Source: Chiloscyllium plagiosum (Eukaryota). Taken from it: a DNA stretch of 28,330 nucleotides. The stretch's first letter is position 1. Each line of letters begins with the position of its first letter. The notes beneath the pieces were generated by a model, which was given only the letters and a program-made list of their open reading frames with translations, had not been told where the DNA came from and did not search any database. A program made the translations under genes and the position numbers. The stretch covers positions 26,520,591 through 26,548,920 of the forward strand of contig NC_057749.1 in NCBI RefSeq assembly GCF_004010195.1, in the 5' to 3' direction. Positions 1 through 11,249 of the stretch are shown piece after piece.

Positions 1-315
1 CTGCTGCCTCATAGCGCCAGGGACCCAGGTTCAATTCTAACCTCAGCTGACTGTCTGTGTGGAGTTTGCACATTCTCCTTGTGTCTGTGCAGGTTTCTTC
101 TGGGTGCTCTGATTTCCGCTGCAGTCCAAAGATGTGCGGGTCAGATGGATTAGCTGTAGGTAGTTGCATGGGTCCAGGGATGTGCAGGTTAGATGGGTTA
201 GCCATGGGAAATGCAGGGTTACAGGGATGAGGGTGGGTGTAGGTTTGGGTGGGTGCTCTATGGGTGTAGATTTAATGGGCCGAATGGCCTGCTTCCACAC
301 TGTATTGATTCTATA
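1..315 (+). mobile_element. HE1-type (V-SINE) tRNA-derived SINE, 5' end cut by window edge
   Basis: B-box-like ggttcaattc, V-domain tgtggagtttgcacattctcc...tccaaagatgtgc, CR1-like tail gggccgaatggcctgcttccacactgta..ttctat. Confidence 0.88.
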
Positions 316-367
316 ATAAGTAACACAAAATCTTGCTGCATCTAACCCGAGATACTGAGCAGAGAAA

Positions 368-480
368 GGATTTGCATTTCAATTGCACTTTTTTTTAAAA
401 CTACCTGCTGTAGTTCACAAATAATGAAGTATTTATAAAGTGTAGAAAGAGCAATAATGTAGGAATAGTATGACAAATAT
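368..480 (-). mobile_element. Highly decayed DeuSINE (SacSINE1/AmnSINE1-like) 3' remnant
   Basis: Reverse complement reads ttcctacatta...ctacacttta.aaatacttcatt...aaatgcaaa, resembling the recalled Deu-SINE 3' part. Confidence 0.4.
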
Positions 481-645
481 ATTTAACTCATCTAAAAATG
501 TATTTATCTCATGTAACTCTCTGGATATTGGTTTCCCAGAAGGAGAAGGGTTCTATTCCCCAGCATTAGCATCATTTTCAGCAATGAACAAAACTCATTC
601 AAATATATCAGACTCGGTTCAAGAGTGGAGCACCCAGGTACTCAC

Positions 646-759
646 CTTTACTCGGTCATTGGGATGGTTGAACAAGCCAATACGTCGAATTGTGCTCAAA
701 ATTGGATCTGTAGAGTCATCCAGCATGTTGTGTGTGCACACCGGAGGCAATGACTGGCG
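646..759 (-). CDS. gys1: Glycogen synthase coding exon (exon 11 equivalent), [38 protein letters not shown]
   Basis: Acceptor ttttctttctgttcttcAG, donor GTgagt, 114 nt. Contains the motif [24 protein letters not shown]...DRVK. Confidence 0.96.
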
Positions 760-1004
760 CTGAAGAACAGAAAGAAAAATATAAAATAAAAGAACTAATG
801 AATTTTTCAGCAGAGATCAGTGCTTTTTCATTTTTGCCAAATCTGTCAAATGTAAATTACAAGATTAGAACCTGGGAGCAGCATTTCAGCTCCTTGAGCT
901 TGTTTTGCTTTTGAATTAGATCCTGGTTAATTTGTAACTCAATTCCTTTTATCCATATCGTTGGCACTAAATTGATCACTTCATAGATTTCTAAAGATTA
1001 AGTT

Positions 1005-1550
1005 ACGTCTAATGAATCTAAATGAATTTCTTGTGGAGATAACGAACATGGTAAATAAGCAAGTGTCTGTGGATTTTAATTACAATGACTCCTAGAGATC
1101 ACTTAACAAGGTTTCACAAAACACACTGTTAGGGAAGATGAGGAATAATAAAATTCTTGGTAATACATCAGTGAGGATTAGTTAATTTGTAGGAAATAGA
1201 ATAGCCTGCCAGTTGGGCTATCCTATCTCATGTGCCGTTCATCAGAGGTTACTGGTCCTCTGCTTTTCATTACATTTATCAATAACTTAGATAAAGATGG
1301 GAGCATCTTCTTTAAGTTCCACAGGAGATACAATTGAGAGTCTTGGATCCTTGAACATAAGGAACTTAGATCACTTTTCTAAATGATGAAAAGCTGGGGC
1401 TGTGGAGGATAAGAATGGCTTAAGGACCACATAAAGAAATGACAAACCAGTGCACCAATAGATAACATAAATGAGAAAGCCAACAGAACAGTATTAGCTT
1501 TTATCTTAAATGTGTGAGAAAAGTTAGGTTACAGCTGGGCAGAACTCAGC
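1005..1550 (+). mobile_element. Old CR1 LINE reverse-transcriptase remnant
   Basis: Translates as NLNEFLVEITNMVNKQVSVDFNYNDS*RSLNKVSQNTLLGKM, a decayed version of NLIEFFEEVT..VD...VDVVYMDFxKAFDKVPH.RL. Confidence 0.6.
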
Positions 1551-1624
1551 AATTTGAATACAGCTGTCAGCTCAGCTTCAAGTCAAGTCCCTATAGTGTT
1601 ACCAGACCGTAGAACTGTTCTATA

Positions 1625-1742
1625 AATAGAGATGACTGGTGATGACTTAATTTAGGGCCCCGACATCTCAAGGGAGGGGAGAAGTTGAGAACAAGAATCC
1701 ATCATGGTAATCCCAAACAGCATGGAAATGGAACGCGCACAC
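1625..1742 (-). mobile_element. Decayed tRNA-derived SINE fragment
   Basis: Minus strand reads gcgcgttccatttcc (B-box-like) then ttaccatga..ttctcaacttctcccctcccttgagatg..tcaccagtcatctct, resembling a recalled shark SINE. Confidence 0.4.
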
Positions 1743-1885
1743 CTGATCTTTAGGGAATGCAACACAGATTTATCGAAACAATACAGGTGTAAATGGTTTC
1801 ATTATGATGACAGAGTCTATGGCATTTAAAGTTCCAATTATGCTGGTGATTGTTTCATATAAACATTCTTCGATGCCATATAAAC

Positions 1886-2015
1886 ATTCCTGAAGAAGGG
1901 CTAATGCCCGAAACGTCGATTCTCCTGTTCCCTAGATGCTGCCTGACCTGCTGCGCTTTTCCAGCAACACATTTCCATCTCTGATCTCCAGCATCTGCAG
2001 ACCTCACTTTCTCCT
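1886..2015 (+). mobile_element. Penelope-like element family A, terminal repeat fragment with intact hammerhead-like core
   Basis: Homologous to 2849-2979, 12839-12968 (minus) and 20487-20520 (minus). Flanked by the 15-bp direct repeat cattcttcgatgcca (1864-1878 and 2016-2030). Confidence 0.8.
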
Positions 2016-2353
2016 CATTCTTCGATGCCAGCAAGGTTTGGGCAGATTTGGAGCTCAGGTCGAGGTTCTGAATGTAGGTTTGCTCGCTGAAGTGGAAGGC
2101 TCATTTTCAGATGTTTTGTCACCGCACTAGGTAACATCATCATGATGCTCCAGATGAAGCACCGGTTGTATGGCCCGCTTTCTATTTATGTGTTTAGGTT
2201 TCCTTGGGTTGGTGATGTCATTTCCTGTGGTGACATCATGAATGATACCCACAACAGACTTTGTAAATACAAATTGGGAAATGTTGCGCCAAAGAATTTT
2301 ACTTACTAATGCAACAGACCATGAATGGACAGACAATACAACAAGCCATCGAC

Positions 2354-2464
2354 ATTAGATTAGGTTACATTACATAGATTAGATTACATTACAGTGTGGA
2401 AACAGGTCCTTCGGCCCAACAAGTCCACACCGACCCGCGAGGCAGCAGTGCCACTGTGCCGCCC
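2354..2464 (-). mobile_element. Mini HE1 SINE (head fused directly to tail)
   Basis: Minus strand: gggcggcacagtggcactgctgcctcg joined to cgggtcggtgtggacttgttgggccgaaggacctgtttccacactgta and a (taatc/taatg)n tail. Confidence 0.8.
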
Positions 2465-2754
2465 ACAGTGACAAACACAGAAAATGAAAAATTAAGACCT
2501 GCAGAAAAAACTAGACAAACTTACACAAAATAATAACACAGAAGCATAGATTTAAAAAAAACTTATCTGCCCGACCCTTAACAGACAGTGCAAAAAGCAG
2601 TCTTAGCAAGAGGATTAAAATAAAACCTTCAGGATGCAGACAAGAATGATTTTTTAGCAGCATTCGAAACAACACAAAGATAACCGACTCACAGAGGAAA
2701 CCCAACAAAGTATCAGATGGTCAGTCGCACGAACATTAAGCAGGAAATAGGAAG

Positions 2755-2979
2755 CTGAAAAATGTGTTGCTGGAAAAGTGCAGCAGGTCAGGCAGCATCC
2801 AAGGAGCAGGAGAATCGAAGTTTTGGGCATAAGCCCTTCTTTGGGAAGATTCCTGAAGAAGGGCTTATGCCCCAAATGTCGACTCACCTGCTCCTTGGAT
2901 GCTGCCTGACCTGCTGCGCTTTTCCAGCAACACATTTTTCAGCTCTGATCTCCAGCATCTGCAGTCCTCACTTTTTCCA
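2755..2979. mobile_element. Penelope-like family A palindromic (fold-back) insertion
   Basis: Arms of about 95 bp (2753-2847 and 2849-2944) are reverse complements. Flanked by caggaaa(t/a)aggaag at 2741-2754 and 2980-2993. Confidence 0.85.
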
Positions 2980-3289
2980 CAGGAAAAAGGAAGGAAACAC
3001 ACAAGAAAGGAAAGCAAACACACTGACTTGGATGCCATTTACAACCCCCTGAGAAAAGGAACAGGAGATGATGTCACCACAGGAAATGACATCACCAATC
3101 CAAGGAAACCCAAACATATAAATAAAAAATGGACTACACTACCAGTGCTTCATTCGGAGGCTCACTGATGCTGTTACCTAGTATGGTTTCAAAACATCTA
3201 AAAATAAACCTTTCAGCTCAGCGAGCAAGCCTACATCCATTCTTCAATGCCTTTCACCTTTGCTCCCTCTAAAACTTTTAACTACTTCA

Positions 3290-4160
3290 AATGCTTCATC
3301 AATGACCTTCCTTCCATCACAAGGTCAAAAGTGGGAATGTTCTCTGATGATTGCACAACGTTCAGCAGCACTCAACTCCTCAGATACTGAAGCGACCCAT
3401 GCCCAAATGCAGCAAGTCTTGGACTATATCCAGACTTGGACTAACCAATGGTAAGTAGCATTCATATCACACAAGTACCAAATGCAACTAGAATGAATGT
3501 AACTAGAGCCCAAAAAAATAATCAGAAGCATTACCAGTACTAAAACCCACAACATGTCTGGTGTGACCACTGACCAGAAACTGAACTGGACTAGCCATAT
3601 AAATACTGTGGTCATAAGACCAGGTAAGAATGTAGGAATCCTGCAGAAAATAACTCACCTCCCGATTCCCCAAATCTGTCCACCATCTACAAGTCAGAAT
3701 GAGCGTGATGGAATACACCCCATTTGCCTGGAAGAATGCAGCTCCAACACCACTCAGAAGGCTGGATGCCATCCAGGATTAAGTAGCCCATTTGATTGGC
3801 ACCAGATCCACTCCTTCCACCTTAACGTTCAGTAGCAACAGATTATATCACCTCCAAGATGCATTGCAGAAATGCACCAAAGATCTTCAGACAACACCTT
3901 CCAAACCCACAACCACTTTCATCTAGAAGGATAAGGGCAGCAGATACATGGGAACACCACCCCTGCAGGTTCCCCTCCAAGCCACTCACCATCCTGACTT
4001 AGAAATATATCACCATTCCCTCACTGCTTGTGAGTCTATGAATTGCAAGGGCTCAGGAAAGCAGCTCACCATCACCATTATCTCAAGGTCATTTATTAGA
4101 GACAAGCAATAAATACTGACCAGCCAGTGACACCCACATCCATGAATGAGTAATAAATAA
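3290..4160 (+). mobile_element. CR1/L2-type LINE, 5'-truncated RT C-terminus and 3' tail
   Basis: NDLPSITRSKVGMFSDDCT (decayed FADD motif) and GVTTDQKLNWTSHINTV. Tail caataaatactgaccagccagtgacacccacatccatgaatga. Confidence 0.8.
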
Positions 4161-6427
4161 ATGTTGATGCAAGTTTCACATTTTAATCACATACGAAATC
4201 AAGTGCTTTGTTTTCTTTTTTTAAATCTGCTTTACTACTTTTTGTGATTTACACATTCTTATTGATTTCTTTGTTTCTGTAAACCACATATTTATTTGCT
4301 AAGGAGTTAAATTATCTTTTCATTCTTTAAAATGCATTGAGCTCACCAATTACACAATCATCCAACAGTTTGTGCCTACCTTTTTGAATTTTATCACTTC
4401 AGGAGGAGGAGCCGGCTATGTGGTCCTTCGAAACCCACTCTGCCATTCAATGAGATCATGGCTGATCTTTTTGTGATCTCAGCTCCACCTACCCGCTCTC
4501 TCACAATAACCCTTATTTCCTTTACTGTTCAAAAAATTACCTGTGTTAGCTTTAAATTATTCAATGAGGAAGCCTCAACTACTTCACTGAGCATGAAATT
4601 CCATAGATTCACAACCACCGGATGAAGACATTTCTTCTCAATTCCATCCTAAATCTGCTCCCCCTAAGTTTGAGGCTATGCCCTCTTGTCCTAGTTTCAC
4701 ACGCCAGTGGAAACATCCTCTTGACGTCTATCTTATATGTTCCCTTCATAATTTTATATGTTTCTAGAAGATCCTCCATCATTCTTCTAAATTTAAATGA
4801 ATATAATCCCGTCTCCCGTCACAAACCAAACCCCTCAACTCCAGAAATCAACCCAGTGAACCTGCTTTGCACCCCCTCCGTCCTCTCTCAAGTACGGAGA
4901 CCAAAACTGCACACAGTACTCTAGATGTGGCCTCACCAGCACCCTTTATAGCTGCAACATAACCTCCCTGATTTTAAGCTCAATCCCTTTAGCAATGAAG
5001 GACAACATTCCATTTGCCTTCCTAATTACCTGTTGTACCCGTGGACGAACCTTCCGTAATTCATGCACAAAGACACCCAGGTCCCTCTGCATAGCAGCAT
5101 GCTGCAACTTTTTAACCATTCAAGTAATAGTCCTTTTTACTGTTATTCCTAATGAAATGGATGACTTCACATTTATTAACATTGTACTCCATCCGCCAAA
5201 CTACCTTGCCCACTAACGTAAACTATCCATGTCCCTTTGCAAAGTTTCACAGACCTCTGCATACTTTGCTCTACCACTCATCTTAACAGCATTTGCAAAC
5301 TTTGACACACTATACATGGTCCCCAACTCTCAATTATCTATGTAAATTGTGAATAATTGCAGTCCCAACATTGATCCCTGAGGCATACCACTAAATTGCC
5401 AGCTCATTTATCCCCACTCCTTGCTTCCTGTTAGTTAGGCAATCCTTGATCCATGCTAATATATTGCCCATAACACCTTTCATCTTTACCTTATGCAGCA
5501 GCCTTTTGTGTGGCACCTTGTCGAATGCCTTTTGTAAATCTCAATATCCCAAATCTACTGGGTCCCCATTGTCCACTGTGCTCATAATGTCTTTATAGAA
5601 TTCCAGTAGATTATTTAAGCATGACCTGCCTTTCATGAACCTATGCTGTGTCTACCCAATCAGATATTTTCTATCTAGATGCCTTCCTATTTCTTCCTTG
5701 ACAATAAACCTAAGCATTTTCCCCACAAAGAAGTTAAGCTAACTGGTCTATAATTCCCCATTTTTTGTCTACCCCTCTTTTTAAACAGTGGCATCACTGT
5801 TGTTTTCCAATCTACTGGGACTGCCCCAGAGTTCAGTGAATTTACCACCAGTGCATTTGCTATTTCTCCCACTATCCCACCATCCACTTTTGGAATACCC
5901 TGGGATGCATTCCATCAGGGCCAGGAGATTTGTCTACCCTTAGCTCCATTAGCTTGTCCAATGCTTACTCTTCCGTGATGATTGTTTCCAAGTCCTCACC
6001 TACCCTTGTCTCATTGTCAATGACTGGCACGTTATTCATGTCCTCCACTGTGAAGACCAACACCAAATACCTGTTCCATGTCTCGGCCATTTCCTCACAT
6101 CCCATTACTAAGTTCCCCTTCTCATCCTCTAAGGGACCAATGTTTGCTTTAGTCACCCTTTTTCATTTTTATACTTATAGAAACTTTTGCTACCTGTCTT
6201 TGTATTCTGAGCTAGTTATTCTCATAATCTATCTTACGTTTCTTTATAGCATTTTTCCTGGTTTGCTGTTGATCTTTAAAGCTTTCCCAATCTTCTAATT
6301 TCCTGCTAATCTTGGCCACTTTGTATGCCTTCTCTTTCAATTTGATATCCTCCCTTATTGCCTTAGACACCCATCACAGGTTACCCCCTTTTCTACAGTC
6401 CTTCCTTTTCACTGTACCCTAACCCTA

Positions 6428-6565
6428 TTGGTCATGCTAAATTGCCCATAGTGTTAGGTAATTCAGAGGGAAATGGGTCTGGGTGGGTTACTCGTCAGAG
6501 GGTCAGTGTGGATTGGTTGGGCTGAAGGGCCTGTTTCCACACTAAGGAATCTAATCTAATCTAAA
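6428..6565 (+). mobile_element. HE1 SINE 3' half inserted in CR1
   Basis: ttggtcatgctaaattgccc...gggctgaagggcctgtttccacact plus an (aatct)n tail. Confidence 0.8.
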
Positions 6566-6861
6566 TTTTTGCTGAGCACTTTGAAAAATTGCTTTGAAAG
6601 TCCTCCACTGTTCATCAACTGTCCCACCATAAAGTTTTTGCTTCCAGTCTCTACTTTAGCCAGTTCCTCCCTCATCCTATTAGAGTCTCCTTTGTTCAAG
6701 CACAGGAACCTGGTATCGGATTTTATCACATTTTCCACCTGTATTCTAAATTCAACCATACTGTGATCGCCCCTTCCAAGAGGATCTCTAACTATGAGGT
6801 CATTAATTATTCCTGTCTCATTACACAGGACTAGATCTAGGATAGCTTGCTCCCTCGTCGG

Positions 6862-7094
6862 TTCCATTACATACTGTTCGAGAAAACTATCACGGATACA
6901 TTCAATGAACCCCTCCTCAAGGCTACCCTGAGCCACCTGGTTCAACCAATCAACATGTAAATTAAAATCTCCCATGATTTCCATTACATACTGTTCGAGA
7001 AAACTATCACGGATACATTCAATGAACCCCTCCTCAAGGCTACCTGAGCCACCTGGTTCAACCAATCAACATGTAAATTAAAATCTCCCATGAT
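6862..7094. repeat. Tandem duplication of 117/116 bp inside CR1
   Basis: 6862-6978 and 6979-7094 appear identical except for a 1-nt indel (ggctaccctgag versus ggctacctgag). Confidence 0.92.
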
Positions 7095-7371
7095 AATTCC
7101 CGTGCCATTTTTACATTTGTTAATTCTTTGTTTCTTGCCCTCTCCAATGTCATAGTATCATCACACCTTTTTAAGCTACACTTTCTAATTGGGTGTCATC
7201 CACAAATTTTGAATTGAATTTATATGACTCCAAATTGTGCATATGAATGGTGAACAATAGTGGTCCTGGCACCAATCCTTGTGGTATAATACTTTCCATC
7301 ATTTTCATCTACTTAATGGTTGATCCAAGTTTAAAAACCAGCTGACTATCATACTGCTACCTCACCTCCAC

Positions 7372-7510
7372 ACAGTCATACAGCACAGAAACTGACCCTC
7401 CGGTCCAACCAGTCCATGCTGAACATAATCCCAAACTAAATTAGTCCCACCTGTCTGCTCCTGGGCCATATCCCTTGAAACCTTTCCTACGCATGTACTT
7501 ATCCTACATG
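7372..7510 (-). mobile_element. CR1 (HER1-like) 3' terminal fragment
   Basis: Reverse-complement homolog of the CR1 tail at 25340-25478 (ggttggaccggagggtcagtttctgtgctgtatgact). Confidence 0.75.
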
Positions 7511-7544
7511 TTATGCTGTTACTCACGAGTCAACTACACAATAC

Positions 7545-7920
7545 CTTTCATTCTTGGAAGGGATGTGGGGATTTCTGTTGAGGCTGGCATCTGTTGCTCA
7601 ATTGCCCTTGAATTGATTGAAATGTCCTACAAAGCCAAAGGGCAGTTAAGAGTCAACTACATTGAAACAAGTCAGGAGTCCCACGTAGGCCAGACTGGGA
7701 TAGATGATTTTTCCTTCCATAAAGGATGTTAGTAAAACAGACTTTTTTTAAAATAACAATCACCATTAATTACGTGGTTACCATTAGATTCAATTTTAAT
7801 TCAATATTTCATTAGATTCAAATTTCATTTCTGCCAAAGTGGAATTTAAACTCATGTCTCAAGAACAATAGTCTGTGGTCCTGGATTACTAGCCCAGTGA
7901 CATAATCACTGCGCTACCTC
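7545..7920 (-). mobile_element. tRNA-derived SINE sharing its 3' tail with the LINE at 3290-4160
   Basis: Minus-strand head ggtagcgcagtg..tgtcactgggctagtaatccag..gagtttaaattcc; body homologous to 14460-14620; tail cacatcccttccaagaatgaa. Confidence 0.7.
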
Positions 7921-8556
7921 AACTGAAGGCTTTTTTTGGAAATCCAGATATATGACATTTACTGCAGTCCCTTTATCTATCCTTTATGTTACATCTTCAA
8001 AGAAATTGATAGAGTTTGTCAAGCATGGCTTCATGACTTTTCCCATTTGGAATCTCACCTAACTTCATTATATTTTCAGAATTCATTCTTTTCTTTGAAA
8101 TTAACATCCCCAGGTCAAATTTCCATTACCCTTCCATTACGCTTAAGTCTATATCTTTCTGGACTGTTTTTACTTCCTTTATACACCGACGTCCCTGTTT
8201 CACTATTTTCACATCCAACATTTAAAATGCTGTTCGAAAATTACAATGGTCAGAAAACCTGACATCTTTCCCCTGAGGAGATCTGAGCTCATAACAGTAA
8301 GCACAGGAATTAAGATGCAATTCTCAACTGATCCCATAGGACGGCATAAGTAAACATTGAGCACATACAGACGCAAATCCATTCATCACTTTTAAGATCT
8401 GGCCTTCCCTATTCTCTGGACAAATATTCTTCTCGATCGAACTGGGGAGTAATCCAGCATGGTGTCAGTCCTGAGAGTGCTAGAGTTTTAGACATTACAA
8501 TATATATCGCTCCCCTGACTTCTTTTCACAAATTATGCGTATTTATCTAGTGTCAT

Positions 8557-10030
8557 TCATAGAACATAGAACATAGAAAAGTACAGCACAGAACAGGCCC
8601 TTTGACCCACAATGTTGTGCCAAGGTTTAATCCTAATGTAAAATATAGTAACTTAACCCATGCACCCCTCAACTCACTACTCTCCATGCGCATGTCCAGC
8701 AGTCGCTTAAATGTCCCTAATGACTCTGCTTCCATCACCACAGCTGGTAAGGCATTCCATGCATTCACAACTCTCTGCATAAAGAACCTACCTCTGACNN
8801 NNNNNNNNNNNNNNNNNNNNNNNNNNNNNNNNNNNNNNNNNNNNNNNNNNNNNNNNNNNNNNNNNNNNNNNNNNNNNNNNNNNNNNNNNNNNNNNNNNNN
8901 NNNNNNNNNNNNNNNNNNNNNNNNNNNNNNNNNNNNNNNNNNNNNNNNNNNNNNNNNNNNNNNNNNNNNNNNNNNNNNNNNNNNNNNNNNNNNNNNNNNN
9001 NNNNNNNNNNNNNNNNNNNNNNNNNNNNNNNNNNNNNNNNNNNNNNNNNNNNNNNNNNNNNNNNNNNNNNNNNNNNNNNNNNNNNNNNNNNNNNNNNNNN
9101 NNNNNNNNNNNNNNNNNNNNNNNNNNNNNNNNNNNNNNNNNNNNNNNNNNNNNNNNNNNNNNNNNNNNNNNNNNNNNNNNNNNNNNNNNNNNNNNNNNNN
9201 NNNNNNNNNNNNNNNNNNNNNNNNNNNNNNNNNNNNNNNNNNNNNNNNNNNNNNNNNNNNNNNNNNNNNNNNNNNNNNNNNNNNNNNNNNNNNNNNNNNN
9301 NNNNNNNNNNNNNNNNNNNNNNNNNNNNNNNNNNNNNNNNNNNNNNNNNNNNNNNNNNNNNNNNNNNNNNNNNNNNNNNNNNNNNNNNNNNNNNNNNNNN
9401 NNNNNNNNNNNNNNNNNNNNNNNNNNNNNNNNNNNNNNNNNNNNNNNNNNNNNNNNNNNNNNNNNNNNNNNNNNNNNNNNNNNNNNNNNNNNNNNNNNNN
9501 NNNNNNNNNNNNNNNNNNNNNNNNNNNNNNNNNNNNNNNNNNNNNNNNNNNNNNNNNNNNNNNNNNNNNNNNNNNNNNNNNNNNNNNNNNNNNNNNNNNN
9601 NNNNNNNNNNNNNNNNNNNNNNNNNNNNNNNNNNNNNNNNNNNNNNNNNNNNNNNNNNNNNNNNNNNNNNNNNNNNNNNNNNNNNNNNNNNNNNNNNNNN
9701 NNNNNNNNNNNNNNNNNNNNNNNNNNNNNNNNNNNNNNNNNNNNNNNNNNNNNNNNNNNNNNNNNNNNNACAAAGAGCAGAGGCCCAAGAACAGAGCCCT
9801 GTGGGACCCCATTCAATACTGACCTCCAGGCAGAATACTTTCCATCTACAACCACTCTCTGCCTTCTGTCAGCCAACCAATTCTGAATCCAGACAGCCAA
9901 ATCTCCCTGTATCCCATACTTCCTGACTTTATGAATGAGCCTACCATGGGGAACCCTATCAAATGCTTTGCTGAAGTCCAGATACACCACATCCACTGCT
10001 CAACCGTCGTCGACCTGTCTTGACACCTCA
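8557..10030 (-). mobile_element. Relatively young CR1 LINE (RT to 3' tail) spanning an assembly gap
   Basis: DVVYLDFSKAFDRVPHGRL...GVPQGSVLGPLLF before the gap, FFMQRVVNAWNALP after it, and a (ttctatg)n tail. Confidence 0.92.
8799..9769. other. Assembly gap (971 N)
   Basis: Run of N. Confidence 1.
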
Positions 10031-10240
10031 TGATCATACGACATTCCAAAGTGTTCTACAGTCAACAAAATCACTAAAGTGGAAATTACAGCAGTCAATT
10101 TATACACAGAAGCTCCCACAAACAGTAATGTGGTAATGACCAGACAAACGTTTTTTTGAAAAGTCGGTATCAGGATGTATAATCAGTTAGGACTGTATAT
10201 GATTCCCTTTGTTTTTGAAATAGTGCCACTGGATTTTTTT
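10031..10240 (-). mobile_element. DeuSINE (SacSINE1/AmnSINE1-like) Deu-domain remnant
   Basis: Minus strand: tggcactatttcaaaaac...tctggtcattaccacattactgtttgtgggagctt, matching the recalled Deu-domain core. Confidence 0.7.
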
Positions 10241-10839
10241 TTAAAACAGTAAACTGACAAATTACAGCAATCCATTGGACCATATGCTTTTTGTTCTCCC
10301 AATTTAATTATCAATTTTCTCCTCCCTTTCTCTCTTTAAATGTTTTTGCATCTTCTTTTGATCTTATCTTATAATGTCATGTTCACAATGTTGGTCTACC
10401 TGGTAAATACAGAACAAAGTAAATGTTCAATATTTCTTAAATTACATTATTTGTGAATTTATCATGAGTAGCCTTTCTCTGGCTTATCCTAATTTTGTTA
10501 CAGATGGTACTGCAGAAAACTTTTCCACTTCTGGCCTTCCTTTTTGTGTTCCTTTTAATTTCTTTGTTTGATATTCTAGTGTTGTATTCTTTCACAGAAC
10601 AAATTAGAGTTCTTTCAAGGAGCATGCGCACACACAGCTGTTGAACAACTTGTTCTGCACCAGGTCACTCCCTAATTCTAATCCACATGTCATGAAACAC
10701 AATTAAACAACATTTAGGGACAGACAGAGTACATACATTATACTTAATCTGCTATCACAGTACTACTTCACCCAGGTAATAAGTCAGTGACAAGATAGAC
10801 CTGACTTCCTCTCCCAAAGTGTTAACTGATCTTTCTCAC

Positions 10840-10918
10840 CTGGGTAGACAGCAGGGCTCGCTTCATCATGACAAAATCCTCCTGGTCAATCATTTGTTTT
10901 GCTTCGGGTAGCTCTCCA
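10840..10918 (-). CDS. gys1: Glycogen synthase coding exon (exon 10 equivalent), (S)GELPEAKQMIDQEDFVMMKRALLSTQ
   Basis: Acceptor tttttgtttgagtgcAG, donor GTgaga, 79 nt, restores phase 0. Resembles GYS1 GSLPDMNKMLDKEDFTMMKRAIFATQ as recalled. Confidence 0.93.
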
Positions 10919-11249
10919 CTGCACTCAAACAAAAATGAAAAGCGAAGCTAAGCTATATATTGTGACATTAAAACCGCCATTCCCCATTCAGTGTTGTCCT
11001 GGCAGTATTCAGCAATTTGTTGTTGTCCTGCTGTTCATCATAGATTCTAACTCTCTACAGAAGAGAATACCAACACCTTCTGAGCTATCAGCTCCATTCA
11101 TGTATTGCACCCAATCAAAACTTTCATATATTCATATATTTAAGCAGCCGATTCAGCTTGTTTCCACATTTGTGTTAAAGTGAACAAGAGATATCAAAAC
11201 ACCATAGTAGGTTATAAAAATAACATGTACCTCATAGTGCCCATTATAC

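Larger units (their letters stand above)
2031..3237. mobile_element. Penelope-like element family B with inverted termini and an internally deleted ORF
   Basis: Inverted arms about 2076-2239 versus 3068-3237. Internal + strand ORF remnants: KNLSARPLTDS.KAVLARGL near 2555-2620 and DLDAIYNPLRK near 3025-3058. Flanked by cattcttc(g/a)atgcc at 2016-2029 and 3238-3251. Confidence 0.78.
4400..7140 (-). mobile_element. CR1 LINE ORF2 (endonuclease + RT), decayed
   Basis: ORF-track peptides IMGDFNLH, PTREQAILDLVL, LGRGDHSMVEF, DWKTTVMPLFKK..GNYRPVSLTS; multiple frameshifts. Confidence 0.92.
7180..8060 (-). mobile_element. Old CR1 RT remnant interrupted by younger inserts
   Basis: Minus-strand peptides CLTNSINFFEDVT*RIDKGTAVNVIYLDFQK (about 7930-8030) and PQGLVPGPLLFTI (about 7245-7285). 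Confidence 0.7.

Noticed and set aside
470..763. 97-aa + strand ORF
   Set aside because: Antisense shadow of the real minus-strand exon 646-759.
2654..3052. Two opposite-strand ORFs both starting MCCWKSAAGQAASKEQ
   Set aside because: Consequence of the palindromic insertion, not a duplicated gene.
8553..9996. Three ORFs of 400+ aa
   Set aside because: Artefacts of translating through the N gap; the flanks are CR1 RT.
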